64,000 bases of DNA from Hemitrygon akajei. Lineage: Eukaryota. The first letter of the stretch is position 1. Every line of letters starts with the position of its first letter. The notes under the pieces are model-generated. The model was not told the origin of the DNA, did no database searches, and was given only the letters and a program-made list of their open reading frames with translations. This document shows positions 1-12,189 of the stretch, one piece after another. A program made the position numbers and the translations under genes. The stretch lies in contig NC_133154.1 of assembly GCF_048418815.1 (NCBI RefSeq), positions 260,043-324,042 of the forward strand. Reading direction: 5' to 3'.

Positions 1-860
1 CCTCAAAAGAGGTCCCAATGATCCAGAAATCTGAATCCCTGCCCCCTGCTCCAATCCCTCAGCAATACATTTATCCTCCACCTCACTCTATTCCTATACT
101 CAATGTCATGTGGCACAGGCAGTAATCCTGAGATTACTACCTTTGTGGTCCTGCTTCTCAACTTCCTCCCTAATCTCCTGTAGTCTGTTTTCAGGACCTC
201 CTCCATTTCCTACCTATGTCGTTGGTACCAATATGTACCACAACCTCTGGCTGTTCTCCTTCCCACTTCAGGATATCATGGATGCAATCAGAAATATCCC
301 AGACCCTGGCACCTGGGAGGCAAACTACCATCCGTGTTTCTTTCCTGCATCTACAGAATCGCCTGTCTGACCCCCTAATTATAGAGTCTCCTGTACCTGC
401 TGCCATTCTTTTCCTTTCCCTACCCTTCTGAGCCACAGGGACAGACTCTGTGCCAGAGACGCAGCCACTGTTGCTTCCCTCTGGTAGGCCATCCCCCCCC
501 CCCCCCCAACAGTACTTGTTAAGGGGGAAGCTACAGGGGTACTCTCTAGCATCTGACTCTTGTCCTTCCCTCTCCAATTGTTACCCACTTATCTGTCTCC
601 TGAGGCCCCAGTGTGACTACCTGCCTGTAGCTCCTATCACCACTTTGCTCTCCCTGGCCAGACAAAGGTCATCGAACTGCATCTCCAGTTCCCTAACCAA
701 GTCCATAAGGAGGTGCAGCTCCTCATACCTGGTGCATATGTGGCCGTTGGGAGGCTGGGAGTCTCCAGGACTTCCCACATTAGATACCAAGTACAGAACA
801 CTGGCATCACACACATTCTTCTTGTCTGTATTCTGCACAGGCAACCTACCTTACCTCAAC
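1..860 (-). mobile_element. CR1-clade LINE, 5' portion (ORF1 N-terminal region plus SGNH/GDSL-type esterase domain); element continues beyond window start
   Basis: Minus ORFs 3-206, 191-577, 617-844 give ...VVCLPGARVWDISDCIHDILKWEGEQPEVVVHIGTNDIGR... and ...VVISGLLPV...FLDHWDLF (SGNH blocks GDS / GxND / DxxH). About 85% nucleotide identity to the second copy at 57975-58690 in the same orientation. Confidence 0.65.
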
Positions 861-994
861 CCGTTATCGCCAAAGCCCCATTGAACCAAAGCCCTCCTAC
901 TCTGTCTCCCTTTACTCTGTCTCCCTCTACTCTGATGCCCACTCTATAAAGCTGTCTCCTTTTAAACTGTTCTCACTGTTCTAACTGGCTGAAG

Positions 995-1850
995 ATGTTG
1001 GTGAAGATGTTTGACACACTGGCCTTTATCAGTCAGGAACCTGAATACAGGAGTTGGGACGTTACGTTGCAGTCATCTATGATGTTAGTAAGGTCGTCTA
1101 ACTCCATCATGGACAGTACAAAGCCCAGTAGTGAAAGGAGAAGGTTTGGGCATGGGGCTAGCAACCACATCCCGTAAAAACCCAGAGCTACAGAGGCACC
1201 AAAGACCTCATGCCTGGGAGAGGAAGGACCTTAAAATGGTCTACAACTGGGGGAAATGTGAAATACTGGCCCGAACAGAGGACCCTAGTGAGCAGCTGTC
1301 AATGGCCTGTGCCCCAGCATGAGTGATGGGCTGAAGAGACGTGAGGCCTCACTTGGAGTATTGTGTTCAGTTCTGGTCACCCTGCTGTAGGAAAGATGCC
1401 ATTAACCTGTTAAAGGTGCAGAGGAGATCAGTGGGAATCAAAGGACTGGAGAGAGGGTGGGCAGGTTGGGATTTTATTCTTTGGAGTGTAGGGGTGACCT
1501 TACAGAGGTGTATAAAACCACGAGGGGCACAAATAGGGTGAATGTGCCAGTCTTTTCCCCCAAGACTGGGCAATCAAGAACCAGAGGGAACAGGTTTAAG
1601 GTGAGAGGGAAGAGATTTAACAGGGACTCGATGATCAATGTTTTCACCCAGAGGGTGATCTGTATATGGAACAAGCTGCCAGAGGAAGTGGTTGAGGCAG
1701 GTACAATAACTGCATTGAAAAGACATTTGGACAGTTCATGGATAGGAAAGGTTGAAAGGGATACAGACCAAATGCAGACTGGTGGGGATCTCATCAGGCA
1801 AGGATCTGTTTCAATGCTGTGTCCCTCCCTCAACTCCCCAACCCTTTGAG
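995..1850 (+). mobile_element. CR1-like LINE ORF2 C-terminal / 3' tail fragments (pseudogene)
   Basis: Plus ORFs contain [13 protein letters not shown]..., [12 protein letters not shown]..., FTQRVICIWNKLPEEVVEAGT..FK..LD, the conserved tail of CR1 ORF2. Order is partly scrambled, so more than one piece. Confidence 0.55.
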
Positions 1851-2049
1851 CTCTCACCGGAAGCAGCACATCAGTCCTAGCATCACCGCAAAGGCAGCAC
1901 AGAAAGATCCCAGCAGAACTTTCTTCATCACCCCATCCAAAGTGTCTGCAGTGGAGGGAGGGGCGGTCAGCATTCTCAGAGACCATGCACATTGACCCTC
2001 CCTCTGTGCTGAACCCACTGCCCACACCTTGTTCCTCTGCAATGCATGG

Positions 2050-2300
2050 ACATTCAATTGAATATAGAACATTACAGCACAGTCCAGGCCCTTTGACCCA
2101 TGATATTTTGCTGACCCAAGATCAATCTAACCCTCCCTCCTGCATAGTCCTCCATGTTTCTGTCTACACCACCCCAGCAATGCATCCATCTGTGTAAAAA
2201 AAACCTTCCTCTGACATCCCCCCAATACTTTCCTCCAATCACCTTATCCTCTTGTATGAACCCTCTCATATTAGTCATTTCCACCCTCCGGCAGTCCACT
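2050..2300 (-). mobile_element. CR1-like LINE 3'-terminal fragment (antisense on plus strand)
   Basis: Nucleotide similarity to the 3' terminus of the minus-oriented copies (for example 41325-41640: cat agaata ctacagcacag..ccctttg.cccatgat...). Confidence 0.45.
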
Positions 2301-2439
2301 CTATCTACAGAGACCTGGAAAAGTATTATCCCCCCACAACTATTTTCACATTTTACTGTCCTATTTTCTAATTCTAAAATATATTGAAGTAGAACTTTTT
2401 GAGCTTATCTACAAAACATTGTACAAATGTCAAATCAAA

Positions 2440-3450
2440 AATGGAAAAAATATGAAGCCAACACCACACTGCCTAGGTAGGCCACCCCTCTAAACTTAGT
2501 CGCTGGAGAAAAAGGGCTCTTGTAAGAGAGGCTACTGTGATGCCAACAGTCACTCTGAGTGAGATGCAGAAGTCAGTGGCTGTAACTGGAGATGAAATTC
2601 ATGCTCCACAATCTCTAAGGCCTTGCACAAAAAGGGTATTTATGGAAGAGTGGCAAGGAAAAAGCCTTAGCTAAAAAAAAAGCATATTCTTGCCAATAAA
2701 GACTTTGCAAAGCATCAGAGTAAAGATTTGGAAGAAGGTCTTGTGGTCGGATGAGACTAAATTGGAACATTTTGGCTTCATCACTTCAGTGGTACATGAG
2801 GTGTAAATCTAACACTGCACATCAGCCAGATAACACCATCCCTACTGTAAAGCAGGGACTGAAAATCTGGTCAGGATTGATGGAAAGATGAATGCTGCTA
2901 AATACACAGAGATCCTGGATACAAATCTGCTAATGCCTCTGCCAGAAAGCTTAAACTGTGGAAGAAACTAATCTTTCTCCTGGATAACAACCCAAAGCAC
3001 ACTGTCAGAGCATCTATGGAGTGGTTTCAAATGAAGAAAATTAATGTCCTTGAGTGGCCCAGTCAAAGTCCTGACCTTGACCTGATCAAATATCTCTTGC
3101 AAGAACTCAACGTTGCTATCCGCAGCCACTCCCCAACTAACCAGGCACGATTTTACAAGGAGGATTGGGCAAACCTTGATCCATTACATGGTGCAAAGCT
3201 AATGTCCAAAAAGACTACTGGTTGAAATAGCTACGAGAGGTTGTTCAACTAAGTACTGAGCAAAGGGGGATGAATACTTTTGAATTGCTGACATTTCAAT
3301 TTTTAACTTTTTAGTTTTTTATGCTTTACAATTTTTTGGGCACTACTGTGAAAATAAAAATTCTCAGTTAATACTCAGAAAATCACTGGTTATAATACTC
3401 ATTTATGTGAACAAAGGATTGGGGGCTGAATACTTTTCCCAAGGCCTCAT
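2440..3450 (+). mobile_element. Tc1/mariner-like DNA transposon remnant (transposase pseudogene plus 3' TIR), 5' truncated
   Basis: Frame-shifted translation: ...LLDNNPKHTVRASMEWFQMKKINVLEWPSQSPDLDLIKYLLQELNVAIRSHSPTNQARFYKEDWANLDPLHGAKLMSKKTTG. This is the Tc1 transposase C-terminus (DDE third D in NNPKHT; LEWPSQSPDLNPIE motif). The 3' end ...ggattgggggctgaatacttttcccaaggc resembles fish Tc1 terminal repeats. Confidence 0.75.
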
Positions 3451-3479
3451 CATCTTGTACAACTCTTATTAAGTCACCT

Positions 3480-3960
3480 CATCCTTCACTCAAACGAGAA
3501 ATGCTCTAGCTTGCCCAAGTTTCCCTCATCAGACTCGTTCTCTAATCCAGGCAGCATCCTGGTAAATCTCCCCTGCACCCTCTCTAAAGCTTCCACGTCC
3601 TTCCTATAATGAAATGACCAAAAATGAACAAAATATTCCAAGTGCAGTCTGACCAGAGATTTACAGAGCTACAACACTCCCTCGCTGTTATTGAGCTCAG
3701 TCTCCCAAGTAGTGAAGGCCAACACACCCTACATCTTCTTAACCACCCTATCAATTTTGAGGGATCGATGGACATTGAAACCCACAATCCCTCTGTTCTT
3801 CTACACTGCTAGGAATCCTGCCAATAACCCTGTATTCTGCCTTCAAGTTCAATATTTCAAAGTGAATCACTTCACAATTTTCAGAACTGAACTCTGCCTG
3901 CTATTTCTCAGCCCAACTCTGTGTTCTATCAATGCCCCTTGCACCACACCCACAACTCCT
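3480..3960 (-). mobile_element. CR1-like LINE fragment (ORF2 C-terminal region, degenerate)
   Basis: Same antisense sequence family as 12590-12900 and 31070-31380 (tccaggca.catcct.gtaaatctcc...ccttcctgtagtgagg...). Confidence 0.5.
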
Positions 3961-4159
3961 GTATGACATGCAGACCCCATTACATAGTCCCCGCTGCCCA
4001 CATGCCTCACATACGGTTCCAGTTATTGGCGTTTTGCTCACTCACTTTCAGGAAGGTTGGGGCTCTCGTGGATCCAGCCATACGTCTGCTCGATGAGGCG
4101 TCGGTCGTTGTCGCCATAATCCCACCAGTGACGGCGGGACCCTGCACAGACCCAGAGAG

Positions 4160-4660
4160 ATGGGAAGGGGTCACCCTGGGTCAGGAGGTCACACACTGAG
4201 CCCTGGTGGAGCTCAGGTGGTCATAGATTGGCCACTGGTGGGACGCCAGGAGGTCACAATTGACCACACCCCGTACCCTGTTGACAGGTCAGGAGGTCAC
4301 AGATTTACCCCAGTGAGAGGTCAGGAAGTCACAGTCTCAGTGCAATTGAGGTACATAAAGACGCCAGCAGAACTTTTTCATCATCCCATCCAAAGTGTCA
4401 GCAGCAGAGGAGGGAGGAAGGAGGGGCAGTCAGTGTGGCCTCTCCATCCCACACCTCACACACCATGCACACAGATCAGATTGATCTCCTGGTGGCAGAT
4501 CAGGAGGTCACAGATTGACCCCTGGGGAAAGGTCACTAGGTCAAGACTGTACCCTCGGTGGAAGATCAGGAAGTCACTCGTTGATCCCAGATCAAGGGAA
4601 AGAGGTCACAAAAGAATGAGAGGTCACGAAGAGGGGTTCACTCACAGACCCCACCTGTGA
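4160..4660. repeat. Degenerate ~40-bp tandem repeat rich in AGGTCA hexamers (several DR2-type pairs AGGTCAnnAGGTCA)
   Basis: Repeated gtcaggaggtcacagattgacc-like units; AGGTCA or close variants occur at least 10 times. DR2-like pairs occur near 4297-4312 (aggtcaggaggtca) and 4533-4548 (aggtcactaggtca). Confidence 0.5.
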
Positions 4661-5019
4661 GCCCAGGGCACCAGAGGTCAGGGGTGGTGGAAGGACCTAC
4701 CGTCAGGAGCAGCTACCACGACTGTGCAGAGAAAGATCCCACAGACAGTAGCCTGACCCCACATCCCTAGGGTGGACTGAAGAGAGTGGGTTGGGTGGAC
4801 GTGGATGGAATTCCCACCACTCCTGATGACCTGACAAAGGTATCCAGGGTGAGGTCACAGTGACCCATGACCTTTCACCCACCCTCACACAGTGACATCA
4901 TAACTAACACCCACCCACTTCTTCTCAGCAAATGGCTGTGCAGCATTTGATGGTGGAGTTACAGAGGAAGATCCCAGGTGTGGGAGGGACATAGAGAGCC
5001 CCCAGAACAGGTACCACAC

Positions 5020-5460
5020 ACACATGCTCCCTCTACCTCACCCCCCCACCCCAGTCTGTACCCAGTGTGGACATCGAGAGCCCCGGTACAGGTATCAGAC
5101 ACATTTACTCCCTCTACCTCACCCCCAAGTCTGTACCCAGTGTGGGTATATAGAGCTCCCAGGACAGCTACCACTGAAACACACATGGCTCCCTCTACCT
5201 CAGCAATGCCCCCCCCCCCCCCGCAGTCTGTACCCAGTGTGGGTATCGACAGCTCCCGAGGGCAGGTACCACACACACACAGCTCCCTCTACCTCAGCAA
5301 CAACCCCCCCCCCCCCCCCCAGTCTGTACCCAGTGTGGGTATCGACAGCTCCCGAGGGCAGGTACCACACACACACAGCTCCCTCTACCTGAGCAATGCC
5401 CCCCCCCCCCCCCAAGTCTGTACCCAGTGTGGGTATCGAGAAACAACTCTAAGAAAGGAA
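5020..5460. repeat. ~95-bp tandem repeat (about 5 units) carrying poly-C(10-16) tracts and CA-rich cores
   Basis: Unit ...agtctgtacccagtgtgggtatcgacagctcccgagggcaggtaccacacacacacagctccctctacctcagcaa+poly-C recurs at ~5055, 5128, 5226, 5320, 5416. Confidence 0.6.
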
Positions 5461-5499
5461 TCTCTGACAATTTCTGGGGTTGCAAGTAGTTTATTAGCT

Positions 5500-8400
5500 A
5501 ATTAATATTAATGCGTGTCAACAGGAACATCGGTGTACAAAAGGGTAGGACACACACTATCAGTGGTGGGGAGAGTTGAGGGACAGATGGACCTCCGTGT
5601 ACAAAAGAAGGACACCCACTGTGAAAGTTGGGGAGTGTCGAGGGACAGGGGGACCTCCATGTATCCATGTACAGGGTAGGAAATACACCAAGACTGGTTG
5701 GGAGACTCGAGGGACAGAGACACCTCGAAGTACCAGGGTATGACACACACTATGAATGGTGGAGAGTTTCAAGCGAGAGACACAGAGCACAGGGGTAGGA
5801 CACACACATTGAATGGTGGGGAGTGTCGAGGGACAGAAGAACCTAAGTGTACAAGGGTAGGGCACACACTATCAATGGTGGGGACTGTCAAGGGACAGAG
5901 GGACCTCAGAGTACCAGGGTAAGACACACACTGTGAATGGTGGAGAGTTTCAAGGGACAGAGAGAACTCGGTGAACAAGGGTAGAACACACACATTGAAT
6001 GGTGTGGAGTGTCAAGGGACAGGGAGATATTGGTGTGCAAGGGTAGGACACTCACTGTGAATGATGGAAAGTGATGAGGGACAGAGTGACCTCAGTGTAC
6101 AAGGGTAGGACATACACATTGACTGGTGGTGAGTCAATGGACAGAGGGATCTTGGTGTACAAGAGTATGTCACACACCATGAAAGGTGAGGAGGTTCAGG
6201 GAATGTGAGAGCTCAGTGTACAAGTGTAGGGCACACACTGAATGGTGGAGAGTTCTGAGCGTCAGAAAGACATCGGTGAACAAGGTTAGGACACACACAT
6301 TGAATGGTGGGGAGTGTCGAGGGACATAGGGAGCTCGGTGTACAAGGATATGATACACACTAGGAATGATGGAGGGTGTTAGAGAACAGGGGGACCACAG
6401 TGTACAAGGGTAAGGCATACACCATGAATGGTGGACTGCGTTGAGGGACAGAGGGACCTCGATGTACAAGGGCAGGACACATGCCATGACTGCTGGTGAG
6501 TATGAAGAGACAGGGAGACCTTGGTGTCCAAGGGTAGGACACAAATTGTGAATGGTGGAGTGTGTTGGAGAATACAGGGAGCTCAGTGTACAAGGGTAGG
6601 ACACCATGAATGATGGGGAGAGTCGAGGGACAGAAAGACCTTGGTGTACAAGGTTAGTATACACATTGTGAATGGTGCAGAATGTCAAGGACAGAAGGAC
6701 CAACGGTAAGACCCTCACTCTGAATAGTGGGAGCATCAAAGGACAGTGAGAGCTGGTGTACTCTCTGTGAATGGTGGAGACAGCCGTCAGTGTACAGGGG
6801 TCAGACAGACACAGTGAATAGTGGAAAGTGTCGAGGGATAGAGGGTCCTTCGTGTACAAGGTATGACACATACTGTGGATGGTGGTTAGTGTCGAGAGAC
6901 AGAGAGACTTTGGTGTACATGTGTAGGACACTCACTGTGAATGGTGGGGAGTGCTGAGGAACAGAAGGATCTCGATGTACACACGGTAGAACACAGACAG
7001 TGAATTGTGGGTAATGTCGATGGACAGAGGGACCTTGGTGGACAAGGGTCGAACACACACACTGTGAATGGTGGGTAGTGTAAGGAAAAGAGGGACCTCT
7101 GTGTATAAGGGTAGGACACATACCTTCACTGGTTGGGACAGTTGAGGGAAAGAGGGACCTCAGAGTACAAGGGTAGGACACATACCGTGATTGGAGAGGA
7201 GTGTCAGAGAACAGGGGGACCTCGGTGTACAAGGGTAGGATACACACTGTCAATGTTACGGAGTGTTAAGGGTCATAGGGAGCTTGGTGTAGAAGGTAGG
7301 ACACATACCGTAACTTGACAGGCTTGGATAGTTGAGGGACAGATGGACCTTGGAGGACCAGGGCAGAACACACACTGTAAATGGTGGAGAGTGTCGAGGG
7401 ACATAGGGAGCACGGTGTACAAGAGTACAACAAACAACATGAATGATGGGGAGGGCTGGGGAACAGGGAAACATTGGTGTGCAAGGGTAGGACACTCACT
7501 GTGATAGATGGAGAGAGTCGAGGGACAGAAGGACCTCGGTGTACAAGGGTAGGACACTTACTCTGAATAGTGGGGAGTATCAAGGGACAGAGAGACCTCG
7601 GTGTACAAGGGTTAGACAGACACAGTGATTGGTGGGCAGTGTCAAGAGACAGAGAGACCTCCATGTTTATAGATAGGACACACTCTGTGAATGGTTGAAT
7701 GTCAAGGGACAGAGGGTACAACTGTGGGTCACACTCTGTATGGTGGAAAGTGTCGTGGAACAGAGGGTCCTCAGTGTAAAAGGTACGACACATACTGTGG
7801 ATGGTGGTTGGTGTCGAGGGACAGAGAGACTTCGGTATACAAGTGTAAGACGCTCACTGTGAATGGTTGGGATGTCGAGGGACAGAGGGACCTCAGAGTA
7901 TATGGGTAGGACACTCATTACGAATGATCGAGAACATCGACAGAAGGAGGGAACTCAGCATACAAGGGTAGTACACACACCATCAATAGTGGGGAGTGTC
8001 AAGGGGCAGAAGATCTTGGTGTACAGGGTAGGACACTCACTGTGAATGGTTGGGATAAAGAAGGACAGAGAGACCTCGGACTACAAGGGTAGGAAGCACA
8101 CTGAATGTAGGGTGTCTAGAGGATTAGGGTGACCTTGGTGTACAGGGTAGGACACTCACTGTGAATGGTTGGGATAAAGAAGGACAGAGAGACCTCGGAC
8201 TACAAGGGTAGGAAGCACACTGAATGTAGGGTGTCTAGAGGATTAGGGTGACCTTGGTGTACAGGGTAGGACACTCACTGTGAATGGTTGGGATAAAGAA
8301 GGACAGAGAGACCTCGGACTACAAGGGTAGGAAGCACACTGAATGTAGGGAGTCTAGAGGATTAGGGTGACCTTGGTGTACAGGGTAGGACACTCACTGT

Positions 8401-8995
8401 GAATGGTTGGGATAAAGAAGGACAGAGAGACCTCGGACTACAAGGGTAGGAAGCACACTGAATGTAGGGAGTCTAGAGGATTAGGGTGACCTTGGTGTAC
8501 AGGGTAGGACACTCACTGTGAATGGTTGGGATAAAGAAGGACAGAGAGACCTCGGACTACAAGGGTAGGAAGCACACTGAATGTAGGGTGTCTAGAGGAT
8601 TAGGGTGACCTTGGTGTACAGGGTAGGACACTCACTGTGAATGGTTGGGATAAAGAAGGACAGAGAGACCTCGGACTACAAGGGTAGGAAGCACACTGAA
8701 TGTAGGGTGTCTAGAGGATTAGGGTGACCTTGGTGTACAGGGTAGGACACTCACTGTGAATGGTTGGGATAAAGAAGGACAGAGAGACCTCGGACTACAA
8801 GGGTAGGAAGCACACTGAATGTAGGGAGTCTAGAGGATTAGGGTGACCTTGGTGTACAGGGTAGGACACTCACTGTGAATGGTTGGGATAAAGAAGGACA
8901 GAGAGACCTCGGACTACAAGGGTAGGAAGCACACTGAATGTAGGGTGTCTAGAGGATTAGGGTGACCTTGGCGTATAAGGGTTGGACACACACTG
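5500..8995 (+). repeat. 61-bp satellite array (~57 units), consensus about gtacaagggtaggacacacactgtgaatggtggggagtgtcgagggacagagggacctcggt
   Basis: Visible periodicity across 3.5 kb. The same family, inverted, is at 22385-23220 and as a short array at 25190-25335. Confidence 0.85.
8041..8994 (+). repeat. Homogenised higher-order block: 8 near-identical copies of a 119-120-bp dimer of the 61-bp satellite
   Basis: gtgaatggttgggataaagaaggacagagagacctcggactacaagggtaggaagcacactgaatgtagggtgtctagaggattagggtgaccttggtgtacagggtaggacactcact repeats at 8041, 8161, 8280, 8399 and onward with only 1-2 differences, in contrast to the divergent monomers upstream. Confidence 0.8.
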
Positions 8996-9029
8996 TGTAT
9001 GCTAGTTCTCTAGATTTTTCATCCCCAGG

Positions 9030-10490
9030 GTTGAGAAATGAAGAAACAGAGGGATAGGTTTAAGACCTGATGCCATAAGATATAGGAGCAGAATTAAGCC
9101 AAATTGGCCCATTGAGTCTGTTCGGCATTTCATTACACTGATCCACTTTTCCTCTCAGCCCCAATCTCCTGCCTTCCACCCCGTATCCCTTCCTGCGCTG
9201 AGCAACCAAGAATCTATCAACCTCTGTCTCAACTATACATAAAGACTTGGCCTCCACAGCTACCTGTGGCAACAAATTCCACAGATTCACCACGCTCTGG
9301 GTTAAGAAATTGCTCCCCATCTCTGTTCTAAAAGGTCACCCCTCTATTCTGAGGCTGTGTCCTCTGATCTTAGATTCTCCCACCACAGGAAGCATCCTCT
9401 CCACATCCAGTCTATCAAAGTCTTTCACCATTCAATAGGCTTCAATTAGGTCACCCCTCATTCTTCTGAATTCCAGTGAATACAGGCCCAGAGCCATCAA
9501 ACACTCTTCTTATCACAAGCCATTTAATCAAGGAATCACTTTAGTGAACTTCCTTTAAATGCTCTCCATTTTCAGCACATCGTTTGGAATATTGTAAGCA
9601 GTTTTGGGCCTCACCAGTGCCTTACAAAATCTCAACATTAGATCCTTGCTTGTATATTCTAGTCCTCTTGAAATAAATGCCAACATTGTATTTGCCTTCC
9701 TCACCACAGACTCAATCTGCAAATCAATCTTTAGGGAATCCTGCATAAGGACTCCCAAATCCCTTTGCACCTCAAATTTTTGTATTTTCTTTTGTTTTAA
9801 CAAATAGTCAATACTTTATTTCTTCTACCAAAGTGTATGTCCATACACTTCACGACACTGTATTCCATCTACCACTTCTTTGCCTATTCTCCTAATCTAA
9901 GTCCTTCTGTATCCCCTCCGCTTCCTCAAAACTACCTTCCCCTCCACCTATCTTCATATCATCTGCAAACTTTACAACAAAGCCATCAATTCCATCACCA
10001 AAATCATTGACATATAACATAAAAGGAAAGAGTACCAACACAGACCCCTGTAGAGCACCAGTCACTGGCAGCCAACCAGAAAAGGTTCTCTTTATCTCTT
10101 TCTTTTATTTAAGTACACACCATCAATAAATTCTCCTTTGTCTATCCTGCTTGTTATTTCTTCAAAGAATTCTAACAGATTTGCCAGGCAAGATTTTCTC
10201 TTGAGGAAGCCATGCTGACTACGCCTTATTTTATCATGTGCCTCCAAATACCCTTAAACCATATCCTAAACAATCAACTCCAATATCCTAACTGGCCTAT
10301 AATTTCCTTAATGTCAGCAATTTTCCAGTCTTCGGAACCATTCTAGAATCTAATGATTCTTTACTGATGCTTTCACAATCTCTTCAGTCACCTCTTTCAG
10401 AACCCTGGTATGTACGCCATCTGGTCCAGGTGACTTATCTACCTTCAGACCTATCAGTTTCCCAAGAACCTTCTCCCTAGTAAGGGTAAC
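9030..10490 (-). mobile_element. CR1-like LINE, reverse transcriptase domain to 3' end (pseudogene)
   Basis: Minus ORFs 9060-9320 (tail: SVVNLWNLLPQVAVEAKSL), 9555-9803 (RDLGVLMQDSLK...AFISRGLEY) and 10350-10658 (GLKVDKSPGPDGVHTRVLKE). Antisense KFADD motif near 9995. Confidence 0.65.
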
Positions 10491-10770
10491 TTCATGCAAG
10501 TGAGAGGTTTTAAGATGAGAGTGGAGAGATTTAATATGGACACAAGGGCCATCTTGTTCACCCAGAGGATGGTTCCTGTATGGATCAAGCTGCCAGAGGA
10601 AGTGGTTGAGGGCCACTTTTAAAACAACATTTAAGAGACACTCAGAAAGATATGGCATAGGAAGGGTTTAGAGGGATATTGACCAAACGCAGACAGATGG
10701 AATTTGCTGAGATGGGGATTTGGGTTGGCATGATCCAGTTGGGCTGAAGGGCCTATTCCCCTGCTGTGTG
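10480..10770 (+). mobile_element. CR1-like LINE extreme 3' tail fragment
   Basis: Plus translation FKMRVERFNMDTRAIFFTQRMVPVWNKLPEEVVEG...FK..F matches the CR1 ORF2 C-terminal tail. Confidence 0.5.
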
Positions 10771-11124
10771 ACTCGGTGGATCACTTTCAACCTGTTGATC
10801 ACGCTCTCTGATTCTGGCCCTGGTGTTTTGGAGAAGTCCTTGAAAATCTTCCTGCTGTTGACCTCTTGCAATGGCCAAGATGATTGGCTCTCCACCACTG
10901 AGAGTCTCTTGTGAAACATCTTCCTTTTCTATTCTCCTGGATGAACCATGCCACTCACCCCAACTCTGCACTTTCAACTGCAACTCCCTTCATCCCACCA
11001 GTTACATATAAAGCTGTTCCTGGCGAAATTCTTGTGCAGTGCATTCAGAATTGTCTTAACTTTGGGAAGTAGAGCATGATGTCAAGGGCTGTGTCTAGTG
11101 GTGTTTCTCAGAGCTACTTGTCAT

Positions 11125-11420
11125 TTATTTAACTCCTATCCAGAGAAGTGTGAAGTGATTCACTTTGGAAGGTCGAATTTGAAGGAAGAATATAGTGTTA
11201 CTGGTGGGATTCTGTAGTGTGGAGGAACAAGAGGATCTTTGGATCCACATCCTTTGATCCCTCAAAGCTGGTGCCCAAGTTGATAGTGTGGTTGAGAAGG
11301 CATATAGTGTGTAGTTCTTCATTAGTCAAGGGATTAAGTCCAAGAACCGCTAGGTAATGTTGCAGCCTTTTAAAACCCTGGTTAGCTGATACTTGGAATA
11401 TTGTGTTCAGAACAGTCCAT
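11125..11420 (+). mobile_element. CR1-like LINE ORF2 C-terminal fragment
   Basis: Plus translation PEKCEVIHFGRSNLKEEYSVTG... then ...VQEPLGNV... then LILGILCSEQS (KCEV.HFG / LEYC-region relics). Confidence 0.5.
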
Positions 11421-11589
11421 AGGATGGGAAAGGGGACAGGACCTGTGGGCGAGAGGGGCTCGTGGCTTCCAGCAAAGGGTGGCAGAGGGCAGCAGCAACC
11501 CAATACCTCCTGTGGAGTGAGAGGTTCCCTGGATGGATCAGTGCTTCAGCTCAATCCAATCACTGGGAGTACAGTATGCATTCTTCACT

Positions 11590-12180
11590 GACATGGTCTC
11601 CTCATGGCACTTCAATATCACTACCTCTCATCACCCCTATCTTCAAATCCCCCTCCACCCCTCCCTCTCCCTCTATCCTCACCACATCTTCCTCTCCCCT
11701 TTCCCAACCCTCTCCTTCAATCCTCACCACCCCACCCTCTCACTCCTCACCACCCCTCCATCCTCCTCCCTCTCCCTCTTTAGGGAGTAGGGTGAGTGAG
11801 GAAGGAAAGTAGGGTGAGCGGGGCAGAGGGAAGGGTGAGTGAGGAGACAGAGAGCAAGAGGAGGAAGGAGGGATAGAGCATGAGAGGAGCAGCGGGCTAG
11901 GGAAATCAGAATGCAAGAAGGATGGAGAGTACAATAAGGGGAAAGACAGAGAGAAGAAATGTCAAGGGGAAAAGGGAGAGAGGGAAGGAAGAGAGGATGA
12001 GGGAGGGGGAGAGGGGGAAGATTGCAAGGTGAGGGGGAGAGCAACTGATGGAAGGAAGGAGAAGAGGAAGATGGGAGAGGGAGGAAAGGAAGAAAGAGGG
12101 GGAAGTGAGAAGAATGAAAGAAAGAGAGAATGGAGGGGAAGAGGGGACAAGGGGCAAAGCATAGAGAAACATAGAAAACC
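11590..12180. repeat. Low-complexity tract: CT-rich (11590-11790) switching to GA-rich (11790-12180)
   Basis: Direct inspection. Produces stop-free spurious ORFs on both strands. Confidence 0.6.
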
Positions 12181-12189
12181 AACAGCATA

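Noticed and set aside
1850-2040. Short sequence family shared between 1850-2040 and 4320-4480 (…cagcagaactttcttcatcaccccatccaaagtgtc.gcag…ggagggagg…)
   Set aside because: A real local duplication, but I cannot assign it to any element class or function from sequence alone. Left unannotated rather than guessed.
5560-7793. Multiple 75-253-aa minus-strand ORFs with repeated 'MSYPCTPRSLCPSTLPTIHSVCPTLVHQGPSVP' peptides
   Set aside because: They are translations of the 61-bp satellite. The period is not a multiple of 3, so the three frames rotate through the same peptide. No coding potential.
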